Notes: generated by a model not told the origin, from the sequence alone. Positions 38,620-48,354 are shown, counted from the first letter of the stretch. The stretch is DNA of 64,000 bases from Candidatus Bathyarchaeota archaeon (GCA_963702095.1 OY969706.1:960001-1024000), one strand, 5' to 3'. A program made the numbers and translations.

Positions 38620-41013
38620 TTAGGTGTTAGTCTTAAACTTGTGTATTAGGTACACTTTAATTGGGTCGTTGACTAAGAAGGTCGTTAGTATCGTATAGGC
38701 AAGGATTGTGAGCACAGGCATATAGCCAAGCGGTGCAAGCTCTAAAACGCCAAAGAGTGAAATGGCAATTACGAATAGGATTTCAGCCAAGACTGTTATG
38801 CTTAAGAATCTGCTAGGTTTTGAATTCCAGAAGTGATTACGCTCGCGAACTATCATCAGCGTGAATACGCCTGAAAGGTTCAAGTAAGCAAACCCAAATG
38901 TGTAGATTTGCCCCACGTTTCCCATCAGCCCAAAGTATGATAAGGCAAATACTGTAAAGATTGCACTTTCAACAGTCATCAGTATCCCAAGTGAGCCGCT
39001 GACACCGAATAATTTACGCATGTCAAACGTGTCGGGCTTTAAGGAGGAGCGCACGTTATCGGTTGATATGGACATGGACACGAAGTCGCCTAAGAAAAGA
39101 AGCAATACCGTACCCGTTATCGATAGCATTAAAGAATGGGTGAGGAAAAGCATCACAACTATGAAGCCAGCAATATGCAGTTTTCGGGCAACCATCATTA
39201 GTGCCCAACTGTAGATTCTCTGGTATATTGTCCTCGACGTGTTAATCATGGATGTTATGCCGCCGAGGCCTTCAACCGTTAGAACAGCACTCGCAGAATC
39301 TTTGGCAATATCCGTTGCATTTTTCACTGCAATGCCAACTTCCGCCTGTCCTAAAGCCGGAGCGTCATTGACACCATCGCCAGTCATACCCACGACATGC
39401 CCAATGCGTTGAAGAGTCTTAACTATGCTGAATTTGTCTTCAGGATAAATTTGAGCGATGCCGTGGCTTTCTTCGATTACTGAGTCTATTGGTGCTGCTT
39501 TGGTTTCTGCTTCCTGTATCTTTGACATGGTTGTTACGTTTTTGCCTAATCCCACTTGCCGAGCGATGTTTTTGGCAATCGGGAGGGAATCACCAGTAAG
39601 CATCTTCACTTCCACGCCTAGTCCACGAATTTGGTCAAGTATCAGCCGTGAATCATCTCTTACTCTATCGGCGATGCCTGCAAGCCCAATAAATTCCAGT
39701 CTATTTCGAGTTGTTCCCTTTGCAACAGCTATTACTCTTAGCCCCTTTTCAGACAGCGCTTCAGCAAGCTTAAGCATATCTTTTGCTCTCTCTTCGGTAA
39801 TGTTGCAAGCAGCACAGATTGTGTCAAAAGAGCCTTTTCCTACGAAGAACTTTCCTTCTGCCTCACTGATGGTCGCTTCGGTCATTCTAGTCTTGGGGTC
39901 GAAGGGTACGAATTCTGTCTGTAAATAAGCAGTTAATGACATATGCGCTTCAGCGGCAGCTGTTAGGAACGCTATGTCGATTGGGTCTTGATTAGCTACA
40001 TTTGAGGCAAGTGCACCGTAGAGTAATACATCATTTTGGGTGAATCCATTGATTGGCGTTTCCTCTTCGACAAATAGCTTGTTTACGGTTATTGTACCTG
40101 TTTTGTCTACGCACAAGACATCCATTGTAGCTGCATCTTCTGTTGCGCTAAGCCTTGTCACTAGCACTCCTTGTTTAGCGAGAACTGATGAGCCGAGCGC
40201 CATGTTTATAGTGAACATTGTAGGCATGGCAACTGGCACCGAAGCTACAAGCAACACACCGGCAAGCGGGAGTAGCACTGCAAGTTCAAACCCGGTCAAT
40301 ACAGCGTAAACAAAGACAATTAGGAGAGATGCTAAGACCAGTATGGCCAGTTGTCGTGCTACTTTTACTGTGACGTCTTCCATGTGAAGCTTGGGTTTCG
40401 CCGTTTCAAGCAGGGAAATGGTTCTTCCAAAATAGGTTTTTACGCCTGTCGCATCAACTACGCCTGTGGCTTCTCCCCGCTTGACAGCAGACCCTGAGTA
40501 TGCGATTTCTCCGTTAGACTTATCCATGATTCCTGACTCGCCAGTGAGCACCGATTGGTCTAATCCCAGTGAACCATCAACTACCTTCAAATCAGCAGGA
40601 AGCAGGTCGCCGATTCTAACTCGGACAACATCACCGGGCACTATCTCCCTTGCAGGGATAGTTGACCATTTTCCGTCTCTTTTTACACGGCTTTGGATTC
40701 TTAGTTTCTGTTTGAGTCTAGCCATGGCTGCTTTTGCTCTACCTTCACGCCATAGAGACATTCCAGCGTTGAAAAGAAGAAGGAATATGATGACGAGTGC
40801 TTGCGGATACTTGCCCAGAATTAATGTGACAATCGCTGTAGCTTCAAGCATCCATGGCACTATGCCCCAGAAACGTTTCCCCAACCTTGATAGAAAGCTT
40901 ACTTTCTTCTCAGGCACATCATTATACCCGTAGGTTGATAACCTCTCTTTGACTTGTTGCTCACTTAGTCCCTTTTCTAGATTTGTTGTTTGGAAGTCCT
41001 TTTCTTTTTCCAT
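38620..41013 (-). CDS. plasma-membrane proton-efflux P-type ATPase (P3A)
   Basis: LTGES, PVAMP, DKTGT, DPID, FVPFDP, MTGDGVNDAPAL and TM6 Asp in LGDFVSMSISTD. Confidence 0.9.
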   Translation of the reverse strand: MEKEKDFQTTNLEKGLSEQQVKERLSTYGYNDVPEKKVSFLSRLGKRFWGIVPWMLEATAIVTLILGKYPQALVIIFLLLFNAGMSLWREGRAKAAMARLKQKLRIQSRVKRDGKWSTIPAREIVPGDVVRVRIGDLLPADLKVVDGSLGLDQSVLTGESGIMDKSNGEIAYSGSAVKRGEATGVVDATGVKTYFGRTISLLETAKPKLHMEDVTVKVARQLAILVLASLLIVFVYAVLTGFELAVLLPLAGVLLVASVPVAMPTMFTINMALGSSVLAKQGVLVTRLSATEDAATMDVLCVDKTGTITVNKLFVEEETPINGFTQNDVLLYGALASNVANQDPIDIAFLTAAAEAHMSLTAYLQTEFVPFDPKTRMTEATISEAEGKFFVGKGSFDTICAACNITEERAKDMLKLAEALSEKGLRVIAVAKGTTRNRLEFIGLAGIADRVRDDSRLILDQIRGLGVEVKMLTGDSLPIAKNIARQVGLGKNVTTMSKIQEAETKAAPIDSVIEESHGIAQIYPEDKFSIVKTLQRIGHVVGMTGDGVNDAPALGQAEVGIAVKNATDIAKDSASAVLTVEGLGGITSMINTSRTIYQRIYSWALMMVARKLHIAGFIVVMLFLTHSLMLSITGTVLLLFLGDFVSMSISTDNVRSSLKPDTFDMRKLFGVSGSLGILMTVESAIFTVFALSYFGLMGNVGQIYTFGFAYLNLSGVFTLMIVRERNHFWNSKPSRFLSITVLAEILFVIAISLFGVLELAPLGYMPVLTILAYTILTTFLVNDPIKVYLIHKFKTNT

Positions 41014-41104
41014 CTTTTCACTTTCAGGGGGAGGTTAAGCCGAACTAAAAATCATTGAAAATAAAGAGGCGTATTTTTAGGGGATAATTAACGTATGCTA
41101 AGCA

Positions 41105-41410
41105 TTAGGCTTTTGATTTTAGTTCATCGATTATCTTTTGGGTTTCCTCTTCCGACGGGTGTGTTATAGCGTCAACAGGGCAGACATCTTCGCAGCCTCG
41201 GCAGAAAACCACACAAGTGTTCGGGTTAACGACGGTTCTTTTTTCGCCATTCTTTTCTTCTAATTTAAAAGCGTGCATGTGGCAAAAATCTACGCATTTG
41301 CCGCAGGTTATGCATTTGTTGTAGTCTATTTTTGGGTCCCAGGCTATTTTGTTGCGTGGGATTCCTTCGTATTCGGTTTCTGGCAAGCTTTCAGCCTTCA
41401 CAAAGGTCAT
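41105..41410 (-). CDS. 2[4Fe-4S] ferredoxin family protein
   Basis: CITCGKCVDFC and CVVFCRGCEDVCP. Confidence 0.9.
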   Translation of the reverse strand: MTFVKAESLPETEYEGIPRNKIAWDPKIDYNKCITCGKCVDFCHMHAFKLEEKNGEKRTVVNPNTCVVFCRGCEDVCPVDAITHPSEEETQKIIDELKSKA

Positions 41411-41414
41411 GTTT

Positions 41415-41440
41415 ATAACAATATTTAAAAATTGTTATGT
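41415..41440. promoter_or_regulatory. ArsR-type operator candidate
   Basis: ATAACAAT-N8-ATTGTTAT; shares ATATTTAAAxATTGTTATGT with the site at 42813. Confidence 0.55.
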
Positions 41441-41462
41441 TAATTAACTGGTTTGAACAAGC

Positions 41463-42137
41463 ATGAAGTCCCCCAACAAGATATTCCCATTACTTTTCAT
41501 CCTAACCATAACCATCTCAAGTCTAAGCTTAATCGTAATCGAACCCACAAACGCCCAAACCTCAAAACCATCCACTCCAGAATATTCTTTAAAAATCGTT
41601 GACGCCTCCGGCATCCAAGCCATCGAATTAACCATAAAGAATCAACCTTTTGAGCCCTACACCGATAACGGCGAGGCAGTTTCACTATACTATAACGTCC
41701 ACTTCAAACTTCACGATGCAGAAAGCTGGACCGCCATGTACTACTGCGGTGACGTTTTTCCCACCCATTCAAACTCTGACACCAAACTAGTTTATCCCTT
41801 GCAGTTGAGCGCTGACAGTTCAAGCTATCGTCTGTTAAAAGAAAATGCTGGTTACTATTACCTATTGTCTGAAGTACCCTTTAATGGGCAAATAGATTTT
41901 CGCGTTCAAGCCATGGAGGGACAATTAACGTCAGCAAGCTTTACAGGTCAAACAAGTGACTGGAGTAACGTACAAACTATAGCCATACCGGAAACGTCCT
42001 CTTCGCCAAATCAAACGGACCCAACTGGTACAAGCGGTACTAGTGGTCCAGAGCTGCCATGGTTTGTTATCTTGGCCTTGTTTATTATTGCGCTCTTAGT
42101 CGTATTCGTTGTGTTCAAGCTTAGGAAGCGCAAGTAA
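41463..42137 (+). CDS. secreted protein with C-terminal TM anchor
   Basis: signal peptide, KPSTPEYSLK...IELTIKNQPF...SDWSN, TM helix plus RKRK. Confidence 0.75.
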   Translation: MKSPNKIFPLLFILTITISSLSLIVIEPTNAQTSKPSTPEYSLKIVDASGIQAIELTIKNQPFEPYTDNGEAVSLYYNVHFKLHDAESWTAMYYCGDVFPTHSNSDTKLVYPLQLSADSSSYRLLKENAGYYYLLSEVPFNGQIDFRVQAMEGQLTSASFTGQTSDWSNVQTIAIPETSSSPNQTDPTGTSGTSGPELPWFVILALFIIALLVVFVVFKLRKRK

Positions 42138-42165
42138 GTAAAAAGTAAAAAGAAGCTTAGATAAA

Positions 42166-42771
42166 TTACAGGTTGTGGGCTTCTTTTGAAACGTTTTTGG
42201 CACCGTGCCGTACAACAACCCCTATTATTACGGGTATTAGGATGCCGAAGATCAGCCTTGGCGTCATAGTTATGAATAAGCCATAGAGCCCATAGACGTA
42301 CAGCGGCGATGCGAACTGGTCAACCAGGAATAAGAAAAGCCCACCTACTAACGCGGCTATGAACCCAGAGAAAATTAGCCTCGAAAGCTGCATGGACTTT
42401 TTGTTTAGAGCGCCTGCAATATAGCCTATCAGCATTGCGCTGAGTATGTAGCCTAAGAGTCCCATGTTGTGGACCCACGAGGGGGATGCTATACCGTATA
42501 AACCGTACCAGAGCGCGTATATGCTTCCCAGCAGGAAACCTGTTGCTCCTCCCGCCCACTTGTTCCATACTAACCCAACTATCAGGGGCACGGCAACTAC
42601 CATGATTACTTCTTGGACGCCGAAAACGAAAATGCCTAGAAAGGCCGGGTTTAGGCTCGTCATGTTTTGCTCGTTTAGTGGGAACCAAATTATTATCAAA
42701 CAGACGATTAGAGGGGCTATGATTCCTAATAGGATGTCTCTTAGTTTTATGTCTCTTAGGCGGTCAGACAT
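42166..42771 (-). CDS. multi-pass membrane protein (ECF S-component-like)
   Basis: about 6 TM helices; WNKWAGGATGFLLG. Confidence 0.7.
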   Translation of the reverse strand: MSDRLRDIKLRDILLGIIAPLIVCLIIIWFPLNEQNMTSLNPAFLGIFVFGVQEVIMVVAVPLIVGLVWNKWAGGATGFLLGSIYALWYGLYGIASPSWVHNMGLLGYILSAMLIGYIAGALNKKSMQLSRLIFSGFIAALVGGLFLFLVDQFASPLYVYGLYGLFITMTPRLIFGILIPVIIGVVVRHGAKNVSKEAHNL

Positions 42772-42811
42772 TTCAATCAGCCATTCGGTGTCGAATTAAC
42801 AAATTCGTATA

Positions 42812-42832
42812 AATATTTAAATATTGTTATGT
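42812..42832. promoter_or_regulatory. ArsR autoregulatory operator candidate
   Basis: palindrome AATATTTAAATATT plus GTTATGT immediately upstream of the arsR gene. Confidence 0.55.
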
Positions 42833-42846
42833 AATGAAAAATTGGC

Positions 42847-43176
42847 ATGCCCAGCAACACAGAAACGAACTACCGGTTCAAATCAACACTTCTAAACGCC
42901 CTCGCAGACCCAATCAGACTAGAAATCATAGCCTACCTGCGCGACGGCGAGAAATGCGTCTGCGAAATAGTCCCACAACTAAACCTAATCCAGCCGCTTG
43001 TCTCAAGGCACCTAAAAATCCTCAAATACGCCGGCATAGTACGATGCCGCAAAGACGGAACAAAACGCCTCTACTCCATCGTCGACCAACGGATCTTTGA
43101 CGTAGTAGACGCGTTAACACCCGAACTGGTTAATGTTTTAGCTAAAGAAGCCTTCGAGAGCGCCTTCTGTCGATAA
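42847..43176 (+). CDS. ArsR/SmtB family metalloregulator
   Basis: ALADPIRLEII..LRDGEKCVCEI...VSRHLKILK.AGIV. Confidence 0.92.
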   Translation: MPSNTETNYRFKSTLLNALADPIRLEIIAYLRDGEKCVCEIVPQLNLIQPLVSRHLKILKYAGIVRCRKDGTKRLYSIVDQRIFDVVDALTPELVNVLAKEAFESAFCR

Positions 43177-43326
43177 GTGACTGAGAGATGGCTTGCGGTT
43201 AGAAAAAATGCGGGGCTTTCTCGAATTATCCTTTTAATTAGATGGCAACAAGCGCTAACTTGATTGTCCACTAAGCAAGTCTTATATAATCCACCAATAA
43301 AATAGAGCTATTCTTGAGGAGAAAAA

Positions 43327-43794
43327 ATGATTACAGCGAAGAGCATAATTGAATTAATAGAAAGAGAAAGACTCATAGTTTATTTTGTTCTGCTATGGGC
43401 TGGTTCCTTCTTTTTCTACAACCTAAGTTCGACGATTTACTATGTAGGAAACCTTAACACTGCCGCACATGGCATAGCAGCGTTCAGCAATTTATTGGAG
43501 TTGTTTGCTGGTGTAATGCTTGGACTGCTCGGATTCACATTGTTGTTCAATGGCTTTAAACTACCGATAACAAAGGAACGACTGCTGGTTTTCTTTTTGC
43601 TACTGTGGGCGGGGTCATTCTTTTTCTGGGGCATCTACGCATTCATCGACATCGGACCCGTAACTGCTGAAAACCTCTTTTACGTCATAGGCGGAATATT
43701 TGATTTAGTAGCTGGTGCTGTGCTCGCGCTCTTTAGCTTTAAGCTAATGGGCATTAACACCACCCGTTCTGATCTTCCTCCGCCACCACCATAA
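43327..43794 (+). CDS. four-TM membrane protein built from an internal duplication
   Basis: ERLIVYFVLLWAGSFFF / ERLLVFFLLLWAGSFFF repeat. Confidence 0.75.
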   Translation: MITAKSIIELIERERLIVYFVLLWAGSFFFYNLSSTIYYVGNLNTAAHGIAAFSNLLELFAGVMLGLLGFTLLFNGFKLPITKERLLVFFLLLWAGSFFFWGIYAFIDIGPVTAENLFYVIGGIFDLVAGAVLALFSFKLMGINTTRSDLPPPPP

Positions 43795-43947
43795 CAACAA
43801 CAAAATTACTTTCTTTTTTTGTATCTTCTGGTAATGAATCATTCTATCTCTTAACAAAAAATTGTCGCTACACTTGTCTAGAAGGCGACCCCTGCTGCGT
43901 CAATTACTCAAGTGAAGATATGAAATGTTAATATTAGCTGATTCTCC

Positions 43948-44436
43948 ATGTTACTGGTTATGCCCAAACCGTCAAAGTCAAATCCCAAGCCGAAAGCCAA
44001 ACCCAAAGGCAAGGTTAAGCCTGAACCAGAAGCACCCAGCATCACAAGCAACAGAACCTACTGGGTGGTGCTCACGGTGGTGTTTGCTGTTGTGTCAGCG
44101 GTTTTTAGCGGCATACTTGGTTTTAACTTAGTTAGGGCTGCGGCGGTGACGGTTACGGTGGCAGTGTTGATTGCCGCAGTGGGTTTCATAAGGGTCAGTC
44201 CTTCCAAGCTATCACTCGGCAAGCGAGCAACGTTCATCTTTATTGGTGCATCGGTGATTGGATTTGGAATTTGGGCTGCGCTTGCATTGGCACTTATGCC
44301 GCAACTGGTGGTGCTTGACGACCAATTCTACGTCGTCGCGACCCTAGCGATGTGCTTGGCCACTGGCGCTGTGGCTGGCGAGTTAATCAGTCGAATCCAA
44401 AAATTGCAAGAGCGACTTTTTCCCCAGAACCTTTAA
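43948..44436 (+). CDS. membrane protein with Pro/Lys-rich N-terminus
   Basis: KPKAKPKGK leader and 4 TM helices. Confidence 0.7.
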   Translation: MLLVMPKPSKSNPKPKAKPKGKVKPEPEAPSITSNRTYWVVLTVVFAVVSAVFSGILGFNLVRAAAVTVTVAVLIAAVGFIRVSPSKLSLGKRATFIFIGASVIGFGIWAALALALMPQLVVLDDQFYVVATLAMCLATGAVAGELISRIQKLQERLFPQNL

Positions 44437-44484
44437 GAGCAGAAACCGTCAGCATGTTCTAAGCGAGTTCAAAGGTAATCTCAA

Positions 44485-45363
44485 TTGAAATTCGGCATCA
44501 TGACACGTAACCCCGAAGCCTGGAGTAGCACACAGGTTCGTTTAGCACTCGACAAACGCAGCATCCCATACGAATGCTTCACTTTCCCACGCCTCGTCGC
44601 CCGGCTCGCCTACAAGCCCTACTTCAAAGTTAACGGAACAAGCATACTAGACGACTTAGACGCCCTCATCATCCGCCCCATCGGGCGTGGCAGCCTCGAA
44701 GAGCTGGTGTTCCGCATGGACATGCTCTATAAACTTGAGCGGCAGGGCTTCTATATGGTTAACCCCCCCTCGGCGATTGAACACTGCGTTGACAAATACG
44801 ACATACTTGCATTGCTTGAAGATGTCGGCGTTCCCGTTCCACGTACCCTTGCAACTGAGAGCGTCAACGAGGCAATCAAAGCTTTCCATGAACTCGGCGG
44901 CGACGTAGTTGTCAAACCCATCTTCGGCAGCCGCGGACAAGGCGCCACGCGAGTAAACGACATCGACATCGCCGACACTGTTTTCAAAGCCATTACCTTC
45001 CACCACGGCGTCATCTACATTCAGGAATTCGTTCCCCACGGCACCAGTGACATCCGCGCCTTCGTACTGGGCGACCAAGTTATCGCGTCGATGCGCCGTG
45101 TAGCCACAGGCTGGAAGACCAACTACAGCCAAGGAGCACGGCCTGCACCAGAAGAAATCAGTGATGAATTCAAAGAGTTAGCCGTCAAAGCCGCCAAAGC
45201 GGTGTGCTGCAAAGTTGCAGGCGTAGACATCCTTGAGGGTCCAAAGGGTCCGCGGATCGTGGATGTGAATAGTCAACCCGGTTGGAAAGGGTTGCAGGCG
45301 GTTACCAAGGTGGATGTCGCCGACGAAATCGTCAAGTTCATGCTAGACGAGTTGAAGAAGTAA
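44485..45363 (+). CDS. RimK-family ATP-grasp alpha-L-glutamate ligase (MptN/CofF-like)
   Basis: VPVPRT, VVVKPIFGSRG, YIQEFV, DIRAFV, WKTNYSQG and DVNSQPGW. Confidence 0.88.
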   Translation: MKFGIMTRNPEAWSSTQVRLALDKRSIPYECFTFPRLVARLAYKPYFKVNGTSILDDLDALIIRPIGRGSLEELVFRMDMLYKLERQGFYMVNPPSAIEHCVDKYDILALLEDVGVPVPRTLATESVNEAIKAFHELGGDVVVKPIFGSRGQGATRVNDIDIADTVFKAITFHHGVIYIQEFVPHGTSDIRAFVLGDQVIASMRRVATGWKTNYSQGARPAPEEISDEFKELAVKAAKAVCCKVAGVDILEGPKGPRIVDVNSQPGWKGLQAVTKVDVADEIVKFMLDELKK

Positions 45364-45365
45364 CC

Positions 45366-45992
45366 TCAGCGGCTTTTTCCATATTTTTCTATAGTTTCTT
45401 TGAAGGCTCTTGCTGCCCGCTGGGGATCGTCCGATTCGAGGATGGCGGAAGTTACTGCGACTCCATCGACATCCGCTTGGAGAAGAAGATGCAGTTTCTC
45501 AAGGGTGACTCCGCCTGCAGCGAAGACCGGCAGCCGAGTCAGTTTTCTCGCAGCTTGGACGGTTTCAAGCGGCACAACCGGACATGTGGAACCTTCGCAG
45601 ACATGGAAAATGGAGCAGAATGAAACGTAATCTGCGCCTCCACGTTCAGCCCACCCCAGCCTACCTAAATCAACGTTTACGGTGTAGCCTACCAAAGCGT
45701 CGTTGCCCAAAACCTTCCGTGCCTCAGCCGGCGACACATCAAAATCGTCAAAATGCACACCGCCAGCGCTAACGGCTTTAGCCAAACCCAAATCGTTGTT
45801 CACCAAAAAAGGCGTCCCCCGCTTCCCGGCTAAATCCGCCAATGCTCCAGCCAAACGCAAATCTGCAGCTGCTTTCCCAGCCGAGTACTGTAGCAAATCG
45901 ACGCCGCCTCTTAGCGCCTTCTCTGTGGCAGAGATCAGCGCGTCAGCGGACTGTATTGGCGAAACAACCAGATACAATCCATGGGGTTTCAT
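45366..45992 (-). CDS. thiamine-phosphate synthase (ThiE/TenI-fold) protein, divergent
   Basis: LYLVV, GGVDLLQ, FLVNND, GADYV, PVFAAGGVT and GVAVTSAI; ATGA overlap with the upstream gene. Confidence 0.8.
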   Translation of the reverse strand: MKPHGLYLVVSPIQSADALISATEKALRGGVDLLQYSAGKAAADLRLAGALADLAGKRGTPFLVNNDLGLAKAVSAGGVHFDDFDVSPAEARKVLGNDALVGYTVNVDLGRLGWAERGGADYVSFCSIFHVCEGSTCPVVPLETVQAARKLTRLPVFAAGGVTLEKLHLLLQADVDGVAVTSAILESDDPQRAARAFKETIEKYGKSR

Positions 45993-47041
45993 TTCCATCC
46001 GTCCCTTGAGGCTTTCCAGTAGGCTGCCCAATAAGGGTCCAACGACGGCTTCTCTAGGGGTCTGCGTTGGTCTTGGCTGTTTATCCATAGCCCCTGTTTT
46101 TTGTCGGTGATTTCTCCGATTACTGCACTCGCTATCCCCTTTGCCTCCAGTGTGTGTTGAACCGACTCTGCCTTCGCTGGTTTAACCGTTGCCAGCAGGG
46201 TGCCTTCGCTTAGAGATTCGTAGGGCGACAAGTTGAACAATTCACAGACCTGTCGTGCTTCTTGGGTAACTATGATTTTGGATTGGTCAACTTCTAAGCC
46301 TACCCCCGACGCTTGGGACAACTCGTAAAGGGCACCGAAAAGACCGCCTTCGGTAACGTCATGCATAGCCGTAACACCATCCTCCCTCAAACCAACCGAA
46401 GCCGCCGCCAATGCGTCTTCAACTACACTGAACTTGTCTATATACCGCTGGGCTTTCAGCAAAAAAACGGGTCCATAAGCTTCTTCGACGGTTTGGGGAA
46501 AAACCCGAGCAAGAATAGCTGTGGCAGCAACGGCGACACCCTTAGTCATCAAGATGATGTCGCCAGGTTGGCTCATGTTGCTAGCGATGTATCGATCTTG
46601 GGGTACCACAGCCATCATGACGCCTCCTCCCACAACCGTGTAATCACAACCCACATACCTTCCCGTGTGGCCGCCGATGACTCCTATGCCCAGTTTCTCG
46701 CATTCACTGCTTATGCAGTCCCAGTATTGCTTGAACTCTTCATCTTTCATTTGTGGGGGCAAATTTAGGTTAACCATCAGAAACTGAGGTGCAAAACCAC
46801 AGGTCGCCAAATCCGAAGCCAACAGGTGCACAGAAATATACGCGGAATCCACAAAGCCCAAAGCTGGAATAACTGAGAGCGGGTCAGCGGTTGCAACCAG
46901 CACCTGATTGCCTCCTAAGCGGACTACCGCGTTGTCGCGTCCATGACCCGGCCCCACCAGCACCTCACTCCGCTTAGCGCCCAACTTATGGTACACCAAC
47001 GCCTCGATTAGGTCTAATTCGAATTTTCCGATTTCACTCAT
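45989..47041 (-). CDS. AIR synthase-related (PurM/HypE/ThiL-fold) protein
   Basis: GPGHGRDNAV, ATADP, ASDLAT, GGHT and AMHDVTEGG. Confidence 0.85.
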   Translation of the reverse strand: MSEIGKFELDLIEALVYHKLGAKRSEVLVGPGHGRDNAVVRLGGNQVLVATADPLSVIPALGFVDSAYISVHLLASDLATCGFAPQFLMVNLNLPPQMKDEEFKQYWDCISSECEKLGIGVIGGHTGRYVGCDYTVVGGGVMMAVVPQDRYIASNMSQPGDIILMTKGVAVAATAILARVFPQTVEEAYGPVFLLKAQRYIDKFSVVEDALAAASVGLREDGVTAMHDVTEGGLFGALYELSQASGVGLEVDQSKIIVTQEARQVCELFNLSPYESLSEGTLLATVKPAKAESVQHTLEAKGIASAVIGEITDKKQGLWINSQDQRRPLEKPSLDPYWAAYWKASRDGWK

Positions 47042-47715
47042 GCAGTATCCCTCACTTCTATGGCGACTCCGAGAAAGGCTCCGAATGGGAAAACCGCCGA
47101 CTCCAAATCGCCGAAGACCTTGGGAAAAAAGGTTGTGCTCCAAAACAATATATGGTATTTCCCCTCAAAATTGTTATGCAAATGGTTTTTTATGTCATCT
47201 ATAGAGTAAAAGTGTGCTCCTTTGTAGAATGATTCTTTCTTCGTTTTTGCTTCGATTTTTTTCCTCGCTGTGCTGGCGCTGTTTTTGTTCATAAGCCCCA
47301 CGATCACTCCTTTCTTCGCCACTCTAAACGCCTCCAAAAATGTGGATGCAGCGTCGGGTAGGTATTCTAAGCTGGTTATGTAGGCGATTAAGTCTATGGA
47401 TTTGTCTTTGAAGGGTAAGTGGCTACCGTCACTTTGCAGCAGACAGCCCTCTGTCCACAGCTTCTTTGCCGCCTTCAACATCGGGGCTGAGGTATCAATG
47501 CCACAGGATTCTATCCCCTTGGAGTCGATCCATCGTGTAAAGTGCCCTGTTCCGCATCCCACTTCAAGGAGGCTTTTTGCATCCCGAAAATGGTCCAACA
47601 GCTTTGTCAGGAGCTGCTTTTCTAGGCGGTCTGCCCTCTGATACTTTGCAGTATAGTACTCTTCGTATACCCTGGCAGTTTCTTCGCTCTGGTACTTTTT
47701 GCTCATGGCTTTCAT
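47038..47715 (-). CDS. class I SAM-dependent methyltransferase
   Basis: LLEVGCGTG, GIDTSAPML and LPFKDKSID. Confidence 0.9.
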   Translation of the reverse strand: MKAMSKKYQSEETARVYEEYYTAKYQRADRLEKQLLTKLLDHFRDAKSLLEVGCGTGHFTRWIDSKGIESCGIDTSAPMLKAAKKLWTEGCLLQSDGSHLPFKDKSIDLIAYITSLEYLPDAASTFLEAFRVAKKGVIVGLMNKNSASTARKKIEAKTKKESFYKGAHFYSIDDIKNHLHNNFEGKYHILFWSTTFFPKVFGDLESAVFPFGAFLGVAIEVRDTA

Positions 47716-48258
47716 CTAAGCAAGATACTTTGTATCCAAGAATCTTCTTACAGCTATGAGGACTGCGGCGGTTATGGGTACAAAGACTAAATCTACCAGC
47801 ACAGCTAAGTCGAAGACTGCAAACCCGATTCCGAACAGAGCAAAGTCGATGGCGAAAAAAATCGCTGTTTCAACGATGACTCCAAGAACCATGCCTACGA
47901 TTTCACTCTTTTTCCTCAGAGCGCCTGCAACCAACGCCATAGGAGTTCTGGCAACAACCAAACCGACGAGGTAGATGTAGGTGAATCCTGGGGGAACCAC
48001 TATGGTTCCTATGCTTGTTCCCGCCAAGTATCCGACGGCGCATCCGATGGCTGTTGAAGTGACGCCGACTTTTGGACCCAGCAGGATAGCTACCGTAAAA
48101 ATGATTATGGGTGCCAAGTTTATGGTTGAAAGTGGAGGCGGCAGTGGTATGGCGATGATTGTGGTTACCGCAATTAACGCCGCCATGACACCGGTTAATG
48201 CTACAATTTTCGTGGATGAATAATTTTTAGTATTTTGGACAGTTAGATTCAAGTTCAT
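47716..48258 (-). CDS. ECF transporter S-component (thiamine-precursor candidate)
   Basis: GVMAALIAVTT, AILLGPKVG and hydrophobic helices; directly downstream of the TPP riboswitch. Confidence 0.8.
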   Translation of the reverse strand: MNLNLTVQNTKNYSSTKIVALTGVMAALIAVTTIIAIPLPPPLSTINLAPIIIFTVAILLGPKVGVTSTAIGCAVGYLAGTSIGTIVVPPGFTYIYLVGLVVARTPMALVAGALRKKSEIVGMVLGVIVETAIFFAIDFALFGIGFAVFDLAVLVDLVFVPITAAVLIAVRRFLDTKYLA

Positions 48259-48262
48259 TTTT

Positions 48263-48354
48263 TTCCCTCCGCCAGTATTACCTGGTTCAGGTTCGCAGGG
48301 TCGATGCCGCCTTAGGCATCCTCTCAGCCGGGTCCTATCCCAGCTCCCCAAGAA
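48263..48354 (-). ncRNA. TPP riboswitch (THI element)
   Basis: minus strand: TTCTTGGGGAGC..GCTGAGAGG..GACCCTGCGAACCTGAACCAGGTAATACTGGCGGAGGGAA contains the canonical GCTGAGA, ACCC, ACCTGA, TAAT and GCGxAGGGA elements. Confidence 0.92.

Noticed and set aside
37298-41410. hgcAB mercury methylation locus
   Set aside because: No HgcA cap-helix motif in any ORF, and the ferredoxin lacks the C-terminal Cys pair of HgcB
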